This document shows, piece by piece, positions 9,740-18,657 of a stretch of 64,000 nucleotides of DNA. The position numbers were made by a program, and so were the translations under genes. How positions within the stretch are numbered: position 1 is the stretch's first letter; each line of letters starts with the position of its first letter. The notes under the pieces are model-generated. The model searched no databases. It worked only from the letters and a program-made list of their open reading frames with translations, and was not told where the DNA came from. The stretch comes from Verrucomicrobiota bacterium (GTDB taxonomy: Bacteria > Verrucomicrobiota > Verrucomicrobiia > Limisphaerales > UBA11358), in assembly GCA_049510295.1 (NCBI GenBank), contig JBEKZC010000012.1, forward strand, positions 5,492 through 69,491. The letters run 5' to 3'.

Positions 9740-10111
9740 GTGGCCGGAGATATTTGCCGGCGAGAATCATTGCCAATGATTCGCCATAAGATTTATACTC
9801 CAGCAAATCTCAGGAACGAACTTATGATTTCAAACGAACGACCATCGCCTTTCAAAGGCCTGCCTCAAAGGCAACCCCGTCCGCCGGTTCAGGAGGACAC
9901 TCTCAAATCCGAACAGGTGCAAATCGAGCGCAAGACGATTGCCTTCATCCTCAAGGAAAACCCGCGCGGCCGGTTTCTCCGCATCTCTGAAGATGCCGGA
10001 GGGCGTCGGAACGCCATCATCATTCCCTCCACCGGCCTGGCCGAATTCCAAAAGTTGCTGGACGAAATGATCAAGGCGTCAAACGAACTGCCGCCGAACG
10101 AGCGTTCCTGA
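9740..10111 (+). CDS. PUR-repeat (Pur-alpha-like) ssDNA/RNA-binding protein
   Basis: The segment LKSEQVQIERKTIAFILKENPRGRFLRISEDAGGRRNAIIIPSTGLAEFQKLLDEMI matches the PUR repeat pattern (v.I..K.fyfdlKeN.rGRFLrI.E...r..iiip..g..eF). The true start may be an internal Met, for example at 9824. Confidence 0.6.
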   Translation: MAGDICRRESLPMIRHKIYTPANLRNELMISNERPSPFKGLPQRQPRPPVQEDTLKSEQVQIERKTIAFILKENPRGRFLRISEDAGGRRNAIIIPSTGLAEFQKLLDEMIKASNELPPNERS

Positions 10112-10577
10112 AACCAGGAAGGGGAGCGACGCGCCCTGCTGGAAACATTGGGCACCTTTTATCCTCTCCCCTCCGCCTTCGCCTTTCGCTCCGGCGCGAT
10201 CGCGTCGAAGCACAACGAAGACGGACAGGAGAGGAAATGGCTGCTGGCCGGCTTTGGTTTTGCGGATAGCCGGCAAATCCAGTCGCGCGAATTTACAAGG
10301 GGACGGCGGACGATTCACAGCCAGCACCGTCGGCGCGAAATCTTTGTAACCCATGAAACCAAATGTTTCCAAGCTTCGTTCAGGAGCGACACCATTTGAA
10401 TATGCGGCCCAACGGGGAGGTTTCAGGTTATGCTGACCGTCCGGCAAATCCCGCACTGGGGTTTTCAATGGGACAATGAACGGTTTATGCCGATAGTTCT
10501 TGCTTATACAGCATTTATCCGAGCTAATAGCCTGAATCGAGCGCTGGGCCCCCTGGGCTCCCCAATAAAATAATTCC

Positions 10578-11687
10578 ATGAAAACTCACATTCGAAACCT
10601 GTTCGTAGCGCTGGCATTGCTCGCTGGCATTCATCAGGCCGCTGCCCAATTGCCCGTCATAAGCTCCTTCAGCCAGAACGGGGTATTGGTCTGCGACAAC
10701 CTGGCGACCGGCAGCGTGGCGTCGGTGGAATGGGCGTCGTCGTTGTCAGGGCCGTGGCAGACCAACTGGGCGGGGCTGGACGCGGTGACGGCGGATACGA
10801 ATGGGACGATCTCGGTCAGCGTGCCAATGTTCTACCGCGTGCGTGGGGTGGCCTATACCCCGCCCAACATGGTGTTGATTCCTGCGGGGACGTTCACGAT
10901 GGGGGACACTCTGGATGGTGAGGGCGATGCGATCCCAACTAACGTGACAGTGTCGTCGTTTTACATGGACACCAACTTGGTGAGCTACAGTCAATGGCAG
11001 TCGGTGTATAATTGGGCCACGAACAGCGGCTACGGCTTCGACAATGCCGGTGCTGGCAAGGCGGCGAATCAACCGGTTCACACGGTGAATTGGTATGACG
11101 CGGTAAAATGGAGCAATGCGCGGTCGCAGCAGGCAGGTTTGACGCCGGTGTATTACACAGATGCGGGTTTGACGCAGGTTTATACCAACGGGCAAACGGA
11201 TTCGCCCTATCCGAATTGGGCGGCCAATGGCTACCGGCTGCCGACGGAAGCGGAGTGGGAGAAGGCGGCGCGGGGCGGGTTGAGCGGGCACCGGTTTCCG
11301 TGGGGCGACACGATTTCCGAAAGCCAAGCCAACTACACCGGATTAGTCGGTTACTATAGCTACGATTTGGGACCGACCGGCAATAACGCAGTCGGCGTGA
11401 TCGGAGGTTCCCCCTACACGAGTCCGGTGGGGTCGTTTGCGCCGAACGGGTATGGGCTTTACGACATGGCCGGGAATGTATTGGAGCTTGTCTGGGATTG
11501 GTATGGGACGCCATATGGTCAACCAACCACTACTAATCCAACCGGAACAGCAACAGGGAGCGCCCGTGTGGCGCGCGGCGGCGATTGTGACGCCCTCGCC
11601 AACAGCGAGACGTGCGCCGCTCGCGACGGCAGCGTCCCGCACACCGCCTACGACGTCGTTGGCTTTCGGTGTGTGAGGGGGCATTAG
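10578..11687 (+). CDS. secreted formylglycine-generating-enzyme family (SUMF1/EgtB/PvdO-type) protein
   Basis: The signal peptide is MKTHIRNLFVALALLAGIHQAAA. FGE-sulfatase domain motifs follow: HTVNWYDAVKWSNARS, GYRLPTEAEWEKAARGG, RFPWGD, GLYDMAGNVLELVWDWY and RVARGG. Confidence 0.85.
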   Translation: MKTHIRNLFVALALLAGIHQAAAQLPVISSFSQNGVLVCDNLATGSVASVEWASSLSGPWQTNWAGLDAVTADTNGTISVSVPMFYRVRGVAYTPPNMVLIPAGTFTMGDTLDGEGDAIPTNVTVSSFYMDTNLVSYSQWQSVYNWATNSGYGFDNAGAGKAANQPVHTVNWYDAVKWSNARSQQAGLTPVYYTDAGLTQVYTNGQTDSPYPNWAANGYRLPTEAEWEKAARGGLSGHRFPWGDTISESQANYTGLVGYYSYDLGPTGNNAVGVIGGSPYTSPVGSFAPNGYGLYDMAGNVLELVWDWYGTPYGQPTTTNPTGTATGSARVARGGDCDALANSETCAARDGSVPHTAYDVVGFRCVRGH

Positions 11688-11777
11688 TTTTTACACCAGC
11701 CTCTTCGCAATCTGCTCGTCGAGGATTTCCTTCGCTGCCTGTTGCATTCCATGCCGCTGCGGGTTTAACGTTGTATC

Positions 11778-12191
11778 ATGCAAAGGGGCATCCGCGTCGC
11801 CACGCCGCCGGCCAGGCCGTTGCTGGTTTTTGACGGTGACTGCAATTTCTGCACGTTGTGGGTCCGCCGCTGGCAGCAAATGACCGGCGACAGCGTGGAC
11901 TACCTGCCCGCCCGGGCCCCACCCATCGCCGCGCAATTTCCCGAAATTCCCAGCCGGCAATTTAACACGGCCGTCGTGCTCATCGAAACCGACGGTCTGG
12001 TTTATTCCGGTGCGGAGGCCGTTTTCCGCACGTGGGCGCACAATCCCAACCGGCAATGGCCGCTGCGTGGTTACGAAAAATTGCCGCCGCTGGCAAACCT
12101 CGCTGAATGGGCCTACCGCCTGGTCGCCGAAGATCGAACCTTGTTCTCCCGGCTGACGAGCTGGTTCTGCAGACAGTCACCCAAGTATTGA
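11778..12191 (+). CDS. DCC-family thiol-disulfide oxidoreductase (DUF393)
   Basis: The N-terminal LLVFDGDCNFCTLWVRRW carries the DxxCxxC signature of the DCC1-like family, and the size is about 137 aa. Confidence 0.7.
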   Translation: MQRGIRVATPPARPLLVFDGDCNFCTLWVRRWQQMTGDSVDYLPARAPPIAAQFPEIPSRQFNTAVVLIETDGLVYSGAEAVFRTWAHNPNRQWPLRGYEKLPPLANLAEWAYRLVAEDRTLFSRLTSWFCRQSPKY

Positions 12192-12366
12192 CACAAGTTC
12201 ACTGATAAAAGACCTGCGGACAAGGCTGTCCGCAGTCCTGGTTTTTGCGCTGCTTGCAGCATTTTGTGGCCAACTTCCTCTCGCGTGGCCGGCGTGGTTC
12301 GCGGTCGAATTCAACATCTCTCCCCTGCCCTTTGCTTTCGTGCGATGATGTGCTAAATATGCCATT

Positions 12367-13413
12367 ATGTATAATGCCAAGGCTTATTCTGCACAGACAC
12401 AAACCTCGCCGCTTGCGCCGGCTTCCATTCAACGCCGCGATCCCGGTCCGCATGACGTGCAAATCAAGATTCTTTACTGCGGTGTTTGCCATTCGGATTT
12501 GCACACTGTTCGCAACGAATGGCGCGGTACCACTTACCCGTGTGTGCCCGGTCACGAAATCATTGGCCGCGTCGTAAAAGCTGGCGCGAAGGTCAAAAAG
12601 TTCAAGGAAGGCGACATTGCCGCGGTTGGTTGCATGGTGGACTCTTGCCACACTTGCGAGAACTGCAAAGATGACCTCGAACAATTTTGCACAAAAGGCA
12701 CAGTTTTTACCTACAATAGTCCGGACAAACACATCGGCGGCATGACCTATGGCGGTTATTCCGAAGGCGTTGTCGTGGATGAGGCCTTTGTGCTGCGCGT
12801 GCCCAAAAACCTTGATTTGGCCGCGGCTGCACCGTTGCTTTGCGCCGGCATCACCACTTACTCGCCCCTGCGCCACTGGAAAGTGGGCAAAGGACAAAAA
12901 GTGGGCATAGTCGGTTTGGGCGGCCTTGGCCACATGGGCGTGAAGTTGGCCAACGCTCTCGGCGCGCACGTGGTCGTCTTTACCACTTCGCCAGGCAAAA
13001 CGCAGGACGCCCTGCGGCTCGGCGCCCATGAAGTTGTTGTCTCCAAAAACAAGGATGAGATGAAGAAACACGCCAACAGCTTCCATTTCATCCTCGACGC
13101 TGTTTCGGCGCAACACGACGTCAACGCCTATCTGGAGTTGTTGAAACACGATGGCACACTCACGCAGGTGGGCGTTCCTCCCGATCCATTGCCCGTCCAA
13201 GTCTTCAATCTTATCTTTGGCCGGCGTCAATTTGCCGGCTCGTTGATCGGTGGCATTCGCGAAACCCAGGAGATGCTCGATTTTTGCGGCGAACACAACA
13301 TTACCTGCGACATCGAACTCATCCCCATCCAGAAGATCAACGAAGCCTACGAACGCCTCGTCAAGAACGACGTGAAATACCGTTTCGTGATTGATATGGC
13401 CTCCCTGAAATAA
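12367..13413 (+). CDS. zinc-dependent NAD(P)-alcohol dehydrogenase (cinnamyl-alcohol / YahK-like)
   Basis: It has the zinc signature GVCHSDLH...GHEIIG, structural-zinc cysteines CHTCENCKDDLEQFC and the nucleotide fold GIVGLGGLGHMG. Confidence 0.92.
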   Translation: MYNAKAYSAQTQTSPLAPASIQRRDPGPHDVQIKILYCGVCHSDLHTVRNEWRGTTYPCVPGHEIIGRVVKAGAKVKKFKEGDIAAVGCMVDSCHTCENCKDDLEQFCTKGTVFTYNSPDKHIGGMTYGGYSEGVVVDEAFVLRVPKNLDLAAAAPLLCAGITTYSPLRHWKVGKGQKVGIVGLGGLGHMGVKLANALGAHVVVFTTSPGKTQDALRLGAHEVVVSKNKDEMKKHANSFHFILDAVSAQHDVNAYLELLKHDGTLTQVGVPPDPLPVQVFNLIFGRRQFAGSLIGGIRETQEMLDFCGEHNITCDIELIPIQKINEAYERLVKNDVKYRFVIDMASLK

Positions 13414-13543
13414 ACGGGCGCAATGCAATCAAGTAAGAGGAAGTTTGCCAGCTGGAGCAGGAGCAAGGGCTTGCCTGTGGCATGGCGTTGCTCAAGCCGG
13501 ATATTTTTTGTTTTTCTCCAGCACAATGATACGATGGTTTCCG

Positions 13544-14635
13544 ATGAACAGGAACAGTGACAGTCCACCCCATCTCTTTCAACCGCTCACCATCAAATCG
13601 GTCACGTTGCGCAATCGCATCGGCGTGTCGCCCATGTGCCAGTATTCGTCGGATGACGGCGTGGCCACCGACTGGCATCTGGTTCATCTGGGGTCGCGCG
13701 TGGTCGGCGGCGCGGGTCTGGTCGTCGCCGAGGCCACGGCGGTTGCGCCGGAAGGCCGCATCACGCCGGGCGACGCGGGCATCTGGGCGGACAAGCACGT
13801 TGAACCGATTGCGCGCATCAATCGTTTCGTCAAAGCGCACGGTGCGGTGCCGGGAATCCAGATCGCCCATGCGGGTCGCAAGGCATCGGCGGCATGTCCG
13901 TGGGAAGGCGGCGCGCACCTGGCCGACAACGCAGGCGGCTGGCCAACGCTGGCGCCCAGTCCCCTGCCCTTCGGCGACGATTTGAACAAGGTTCCGCGTG
14001 CGATGAGCGAGACGGACATCGTCCGCGTGCAAAATGATTTTGTCGCGGCGGCCAAACGTTCGCTCGCGACCGGCTGCGAGTGGCTGGAATTGCATTCGGC
14101 GCACGGTTATTTGAGCCATGAATTTCTTTCGGTGCTCACCAACCAGCGCACGGACAGATACGGCGGCAGTTTTGAGAACCGCACCCGGTTTCTGCTGGAG
14201 ACGACGCGGGCGGTCCGCGCGGTGTGGCCGGATAAATTGCCGTTGACGGTGCGGATTTCCTGCACGGATTGGGTGGAAGGCGGCTGGGATATCGAACAAA
14301 GCATCGAGCTGGCGCGGCGATTGAAGGCGGAGGGCGTGGATTTGATTGATTGCAGTTCCGGCGGAACGGTGCCGGACGCGAAAATTCCCGTGGGCGCGGG
14401 TTATCAAGTGCCGTTCGCGGAACGGATCCGCCGCGAAGCGGGAATTGCCACGGCGGCGGTCGGCAGCATCACGGAGCCGACTCATGCCGACGAGATCATC
14501 CGCCATGGCCGGGCGGATGTGGTGCTGCTGGCGCGGGAATTTTTGCGGGAACCGTATTGGGCGCTCAAGGCCGCACGCGCTCTGGGGTGGAAAGATTCAC
14601 TGACAACGCCGGTTCAGTACGGCCGGGCGTGGTGA
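13544..14635 (+). CDS. NADH:flavin oxidoreductase, Old Yellow Enzyme family (YqjM/NamA type)
   Basis: The motifs LTIKSVTLRNRIGVSPMCQY, HAGRK and LHSAHGYLSHEFLS are present. The ORF track starts at 13445; the ATG at 13544 (MNRNSD...) gives the canonical N-terminus. Confidence 0.88.
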   Translation: MNRNSDSPPHLFQPLTIKSVTLRNRIGVSPMCQYSSDDGVATDWHLVHLGSRVVGGAGLVVAEATAVAPEGRITPGDAGIWADKHVEPIARINRFVKAHGAVPGIQIAHAGRKASAACPWEGGAHLADNAGGWPTLAPSPLPFGDDLNKVPRAMSETDIVRVQNDFVAAAKRSLATGCEWLELHSAHGYLSHEFLSVLTNQRTDRYGGSFENRTRFLLETTRAVRAVWPDKLPLTVRISCTDWVEGGWDIEQSIELARRLKAEGVDLIDCSSGGTVPDAKIPVGAGYQVPFAERIRREAGIATAAVGSITEPTHADEIIRHGRADVVLLAREFLREPYWALKAARALGWKDSLTTPVQYGRAW

Positions 14636-14651
14636 TTTTCCGGCGGGTGAA

Positions 14652-14876
14652 CTAGGCTGAAACCAGGACGGCCTTGTTTTTTTTCAGATATTTCTCAACG
14701 GTCGCTATGCCACTGCAGGAGTTGGAGCTTCTGATGGCGTCGGGTTTGGCGAGTTTGTAATGCACCAGCAATTTGCCAACCATTCCCACGCGGAGATTCA
14801 ATTCGGCCATTCGCCAGATTTGACCGGCTTCCAGTGGTTTTAGACTAATCCGGCGCGGCGGCTTATTATTCTTCAT
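14652..14876 (-). CDS. conserved small basic protein, paralogue A (74 aa)
   Basis: Taken from the internal Met of ORF 14652..14939, the product is MKNNKPPRRISLKPLEAGQIWRMAELNLRVGMVGKLLVHYKLAKPDAIR...EKYLKKNKAVLVSA. By hand alignment, 58 of 74 residues are identical to the product of 18658..18882. The roughly 40 nt upstream leader is also conserved. Confidence 0.6.
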   Translation of the reverse strand: MKNNKPPRRISLKPLEAGQIWRMAELNLRVGMVGKLLVHYKLAKPDAIRSSNSCSGIATVEKYLKKNKAVLVSA

Positions 14877-14941
14877 AACGGAGTTTGCGCCGGAACTTTC
14901 AATTAAACCAGTTAAATCGCAAGGTGATTTGGGGCGCAACC

Positions 14942-15084
14942 GGGCACTGCCCCGGAGCGCGACTATGTCCCGCTGAACGGGGTCAGCCGCAGCAACTTCT
15001 CAAAACCTGGCCTGTTAGAATACACTTGATGCGGTAGCGCTTTTCAACGTGCTGCGGCTGGTGCTTTGCACACAGCCGCGCTCC
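14942..15084. repeat. MITE-like palindromic repeat family A (termini GGAGCGCGRCTRTGT ... ACACAGCCGCGCTCC)
   Basis: The sequence runs gcactgccccggagcgcgactatgt ... gtcagccgcagcaac ... gtgctgcggctggtgctttgcacacagccgcgctcc. Near-identical copies lie at 62991-63133, and a shorter one at 40624-40711. Confidence 0.75.
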
Positions 15085-15122
15085 AATTTTGTTACCTTCG
15101 GGGGTCGCTCACGCTTTGCCCC

Positions 15123-16889
15123 TCAAAGGCACACCAAGGGCGCTGATCGCGGCAGCCTGACCACAACTGTCCCGGCGATTTTGTCGTGCCAACCCTGCTT
15201 CTCCCGGTCCCAACCGATCCAAAAGAAGCCAAGAAAAAGCACGACGGCGGAAAATGCCGCGGTCAATCCGCGCACGAGCGCCACGAGAAAAGTAAGCGGC
15301 CCGCCATCGTGGCGCACCACCTGCAACTTAAGCACAATTCCCCCAATCGTCGTTCCCTTCCATGCCCACAAGCCGGTGAAATAAGCCAGCACGATAATAA
15401 GTTTGAACGGGAGGTTGATGTGATGTTCAAACAATCTGCCGGCCACGGCGATGACAAGGCACACGAACACGATGTCCAGAAACGCCGCGCCCATGCGTTC
15501 CCAAAAGCCCGCCTTCGGAAATGACAGGATGTGAACGGACGGCGTGACGGGCGGTGTGCCAGCAACCATTTGAGCTTGAGGCGCAACGGGCGGTGGATTG
15601 CCCGGAGCCGAGGCGCCCGGTGATTCCGTCGCGCCTGCCGCCGGCACGGTTGGAACGACAGCCGGAGGGAGGCTTGGCGCACTGACCGTTGGCGCCGTGG
15701 CCGCTGCTGCCATTGCGGCCATGACGGGTGGTGGTCCCGAAGCCGGTGGCGGAGCCGTTGGTTTTTCCGGCATTTCCCGGCGCATGCTGCTGAAGGTGGC
15801 TGTGACCGCGCAACCCAAACCCCAAACGCTGAAAATCGTATAAGTCAGCATTCCAAAAATGGGGACCAAGTAAAGCAAAGTCAGGAGGATCGTGCCAATC
15901 AGAAATGCCACCAAAGGTTTTTGAAACTCGCTTCCAAACCGCCGTCCGATTTGCAATCCGAGCCATTCCAAAACAGCAACCTTGCCCACGACCGCGCCAA
16001 AGAACAAGGCGGCCATCAAAAACGGCACGACGATCAAGCCGATTCCCGTGACAGCCAGGATTAAAACCACCACCGGCACGAGTATTTTTGTCAGCAGTCC
16101 CATCAGGAACGTGGTGGCCGGCCGCTGGGTCAGACCATCAACACACACTTGAACCGGCCGTGGAAACACCGCCGCGACGAACAGGTAAAGCAGGAAGAAC
16201 ACGCCCGCAATGATCCACACAAAACCGACCTGTGGAGCCAGCGGTCGAAATTCAAACAAGCAATACTTCAACCATTGGGTCAGCCATTCAGCTTTTAGAA
16301 ATGGTATCGGCAAACCCACGTTCACCTTCTGACCATGGATCTTTGCCCCGTCCGCGACATTGAACTTGCCGCCGACCGACACCGCGTCGCCGCCTACCTT
16401 GACTCCCGGATCCACCGTGAGCGTGCCCATGACCGCCACCGCATCCTCGTGAATTCTGGCTCCCGGCTTCAAGTGAACGTTGCCCATGACCGCGACCACG
16501 CCTTCGCCCACCTCTCCATCCACCTCCGAGCTGCCGCCAATTGTGACGACCGCTTGCCGGACTTTCCCGTGAACTTTTGCCGAACCGCCGATGACCACTA
16601 TTACGTCAGCAGAATCTCCGGCTTTTAATTCCACATTCTGGCCGAACATCACTATTGGCTGCGGCTGGCCTCCGCTCTCGCCGGTTTCGTTTATCGCCAC
16701 TTCGTTCGTGACAGCAGCCGCTGGCGCGCTGGAAACGGCAGGAGTTTGCCCGTTGTCAGGGCGGTTCGTCGGCGCGGACGTTTGTGCATCTGCGGCGACA
16801 TCCGTTTCCTGGGCCGTTGCCAGTGGTGCGAGCAACAAGCTGCAAGTGACCGTCAATAAGACCAACCAGGTTCGTTTTGTTGTTTTCAT
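15123..16889 (-). CDS. multidomain membrane protein: signal peptide, bactofilin-like beta-helix repeats, polytopic TM block, Pro-rich linker, C-terminal RDD domain
   Basis: I chose the start at 16889 (MKTTKRTWLVLLTVTCSLLLAPLATAQ). The repetitive GG-x-V segment (VVVIGGSAKVHGKVRQAVVTIGGSSEVDGEV...) resembles polymer-forming bactofilin/DUF583 domains. The C-terminus (FWERMGAAFLDIVFV...GWHDKIAGTVVV) has the RDD pattern. It is the third gene of the ECF sigma operon. Confidence 0.75.
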   Translation of the reverse strand: MKTTKRTWLVLLTVTCSLLLAPLATAQETDVAADAQTSAPTNRPDNGQTPAVSSAPAAAVTNEVAINETGESGGQPQPIVMFGQNVELKAGDSADVIVVIGGSAKVHGKVRQAVVTIGGSSEVDGEVGEGVVAVMGNVHLKPGARIHEDAVAVMGTLTVDPGVKVGGDAVSVGGKFNVADGAKIHGQKVNVGLPIPFLKAEWLTQWLKYCLFEFRPLAPQVGFVWIIAGVFFLLYLFVAAVFPRPVQVCVDGLTQRPATTFLMGLLTKILVPVVVLILAVTGIGLIVVPFLMAALFFGAVVGKVAVLEWLGLQIGRRFGSEFQKPLVAFLIGTILLTLLYLVPIFGMLTYTIFSVWGLGCAVTATFSSMRREMPEKPTAPPPASGPPPVMAAMAAAATAPTVSAPSLPPAVVPTVPAAGATESPGASAPGNPPPVAPQAQMVAGTPPVTPSVHILSFPKAGFWERMGAAFLDIVFVCLVIAVAGRLFEHHINLPFKLIIVLAYFTGLWAWKGTTIGGIVLKLQVVRHDGGPLTFLVALVRGLTAAFSAVVLFLGFFWIGWDREKQGWHDKIAGTVVVRLPRSAPLVCL

Positions 16890-16900
16890 AAACAGGATTC

Positions 16901-17365
16901 CTAACGTTTTGCGAAGGCGAGGCGGAAATACACGGTGCCAAGCCCAACGCACATGGCGTAGCCGATCCCCGCCACGACCAGGCACGTGACGATGAAGCCC
17001 GTGCCGAGTTTTTTCACCACCAGAACTGCCGCACTCTCAAGCACGTTGAATGTATTCTCAATCATGCTGAGTCCGGAAAACCATTCCCCCACCCGGTGCA
17101 GCGCGAACGTGGTGGCTTCGGCCTGCGACAACTCCCAGCCAGCCAGGCAAAGTCCGCCAAACAACGCCAGCAACACAACGAGCACCGCCGCCTGCAGGAC
17201 CATCGGCCACATCTGCCACGAACGGCGATACCAGGGGACCCGGACGCGTTGCTCGAGCGCTGCCATTACGCGATTCGCCAGCACACCCGGCGCCGCCAAT
17301 TCCGGCAGCGCCTTCAGCTCACGGCTGATCGCCGCTTCCAATTGCTTGTCGTAATCCGGATTCAT
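16901..17365 (-). CDS. putative anti-sigma factor (membrane protein)
   Basis: It lies 5 nt downstream of the ECF sigma gene. A short cytoplasmic N-terminus is followed by TM helices (MVLQAAVLVVLLALFGGLCLAGW). The call rests on position and topology only. Confidence 0.55.
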   Translation of the reverse strand: MNPDYDKQLEAAISRELKALPELAAPGVLANRVMAALEQRVRVPWYRRSWQMWPMVLQAAVLVVLLALFGGLCLAGWELSQAEATTFALHRVGEWFSGLSMIENTFNVLESAAVLVVKKLGTGFIVTCLVVAGIGYAMCVGLGTVYFRLAFAKR

Positions 17366-17370
17366 GCGTT

Positions 17371-17925
17371 TTAGGTCAGGCGATTTTCCAGTTCCAATGT
17401 GAGGCGGAGCTTTTTGCGCAACGCTTCGCGGCCGCGGGAAATGTCCGTCTTCACCTTGCCCAGCGACACCCCGAGTTTCTCGGCGATTTCGTCGTAGCGC
17501 AAGCCTTCGAGGTGATAGAGCACCAGCGGCACCCGTTGCGCGGTGGGCAGTTTTTGCAGTGCCTGCTCAACCACCGCGTGCCGGTCCCTTGCCTCCAGTT
17601 CTTCGCCCGCATTACTTTCGTCGGCAAATTCCATTTCCCGCTCGCTGTCGGCGTCGGGGTCGCCGGTGAAAATCTCGGAAAAGAAACTCCAGCGCGAACG
17701 GTAGCGGGAAAGATGATTCAAACTGAGATTGGTGGTGACGGTTTTAAGCCAGCCGCCAACGGTCGGACTGCCCTGCAACTCGCCGAAGTGTTCATACGCG
17801 CGCAGAAACACTTCCTGGGTGACATCTGCGGCTTCGGCTTGATTGGTGAGCAAACGCATGGCCGTGCTAAATACCATGTTCTGGTAATTCCGCATGAACG
17901 CCTCGAATTGTTGCGCATCTGTCAT
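17371..17925 (-). CDS. RNA polymerase sigma-70 factor, ECF subfamily
   Basis: Region 2 reads FEAFMRNYQNMVFSTAMRLLTNQAEAADVTQEVFLRAYEHF. The region 4 HTH reads LVLYHLEGLRYDEIAEKLGVSLGKVKTDISRGREAL. Confidence 0.9.
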   Translation of the reverse strand: MTDAQQFEAFMRNYQNMVFSTAMRLLTNQAEAADVTQEVFLRAYEHFGELQGSPTVGGWLKTVTTNLSLNHLSRYRSRWSFFSEIFTGDPDADSEREMEFADESNAGEELEARDRHAVVEQALQKLPTAQRVPLVLYHLEGLRYDEIAEKLGVSLGKVKTDISRGREALRKKLRLTLELENRLT

Positions 17926-17972
17926 GGTCGGGCCGCAACTGCCGGCGGCTCATCCTACCCTCAAAACGTTGT

Positions 17973-18005
17973 GGAACGCAAAACCCTTGCATAACCGTTT
18001 GAAAC
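17973..18005 (-). promoter_or_regulatory. candidate ECF-type promoter (AAAC-N18-CGTTCC on the minus strand) upstream of the sigma gene
   Basis: The plus-strand sequence is ggaacgcaaaacccttgcataaccgtttgaaac. It is nearly symmetric, so it reads as GGAAC-N18-CGTT on the plus strand too. It sits 48-80 nt upstream of the sigma ATG. The spacer is one nt longer than the usual ECF consensus. Confidence 0.2.
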
Positions 18006-18657
18006 GATGCTGTGTCATTGGCTGCTCAAGTGATCACCGAAACAATGCCCGGGACAACCCCGGCGCTGCCGCCGCGTGCAGCAAGGCGGCGCTGACCAGG
18101 CCCTGCCCGCAGTCGGGCCGGAGTTTTGTCGCCGCCCGGTTTTTCAACTCGTTGGCGCATCCCGGCGGCAGTGCCTTCCCGCCCGCAGAAGTTGGATGGC
18201 CGGGCAACCTGGGCAGGGGCTGGGCCATTTTGAAGGCCGGATTCACATTTGTTCCCGCAGAAAAACTTTTCATATTCCAATTCCATAACCCGGCAGGCAC
18301 ACGGATTGTTTCAAAAAAGTTCCGCCTATGGATTACAACAATGCGCGAATTTTCAAGGCGACGGCGAATGATTCCCCCTCTCCTTGGAGGAGGAGGGTCG
18401 GGGTGAGGACGGTCGTTTAATCTAACCGAGGTTACCGGGCGCGTTGGATGTCGGCCATGACGCGAATTAAGGGAATGGAGATGAAACTGAAAAGTTAGTT
18501 TTTAGCTCGCCCTCATCCTGACCTTCTCCCCGGGAGAAGGAACAGCAATTGCGCGTTTTGGGTTTTGCGTAGGATTGTCCGGCAAATCCAGGCGCAGGTA
18601 ATTCAACGAGACGGCGAACGATTCTATTTCTTGTCCTTCGCTTGACGGCCTTGCAGG

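Noticed and set aside
10079-10579. 166-aa minus-strand ORF in the gap between the PUR-like gene and the FGE-family gene
   Set aside because: It overlaps the end of the PUR-like gene. It is built largely from dispersed repeat sequence (the gtccggcaaatcc and ggttacaaagatttcgcgcc motifs), and it shows no coding-like composition or motif.
18034-18300. 79-88 aa minus-strand ORF (MKSFSAGTNVNPAFKMAQPLPRLPGHP...) upstream of the ECF sigma gene, considered as a small regulatory protein
   Set aside because: It overlaps two other ORFs of similar length in other frames. It is Ala/Gly/Pro-rich, and I saw no RBS or recognisable motif. It cannot be told apart from chance ORFs in GC-rich DNA.
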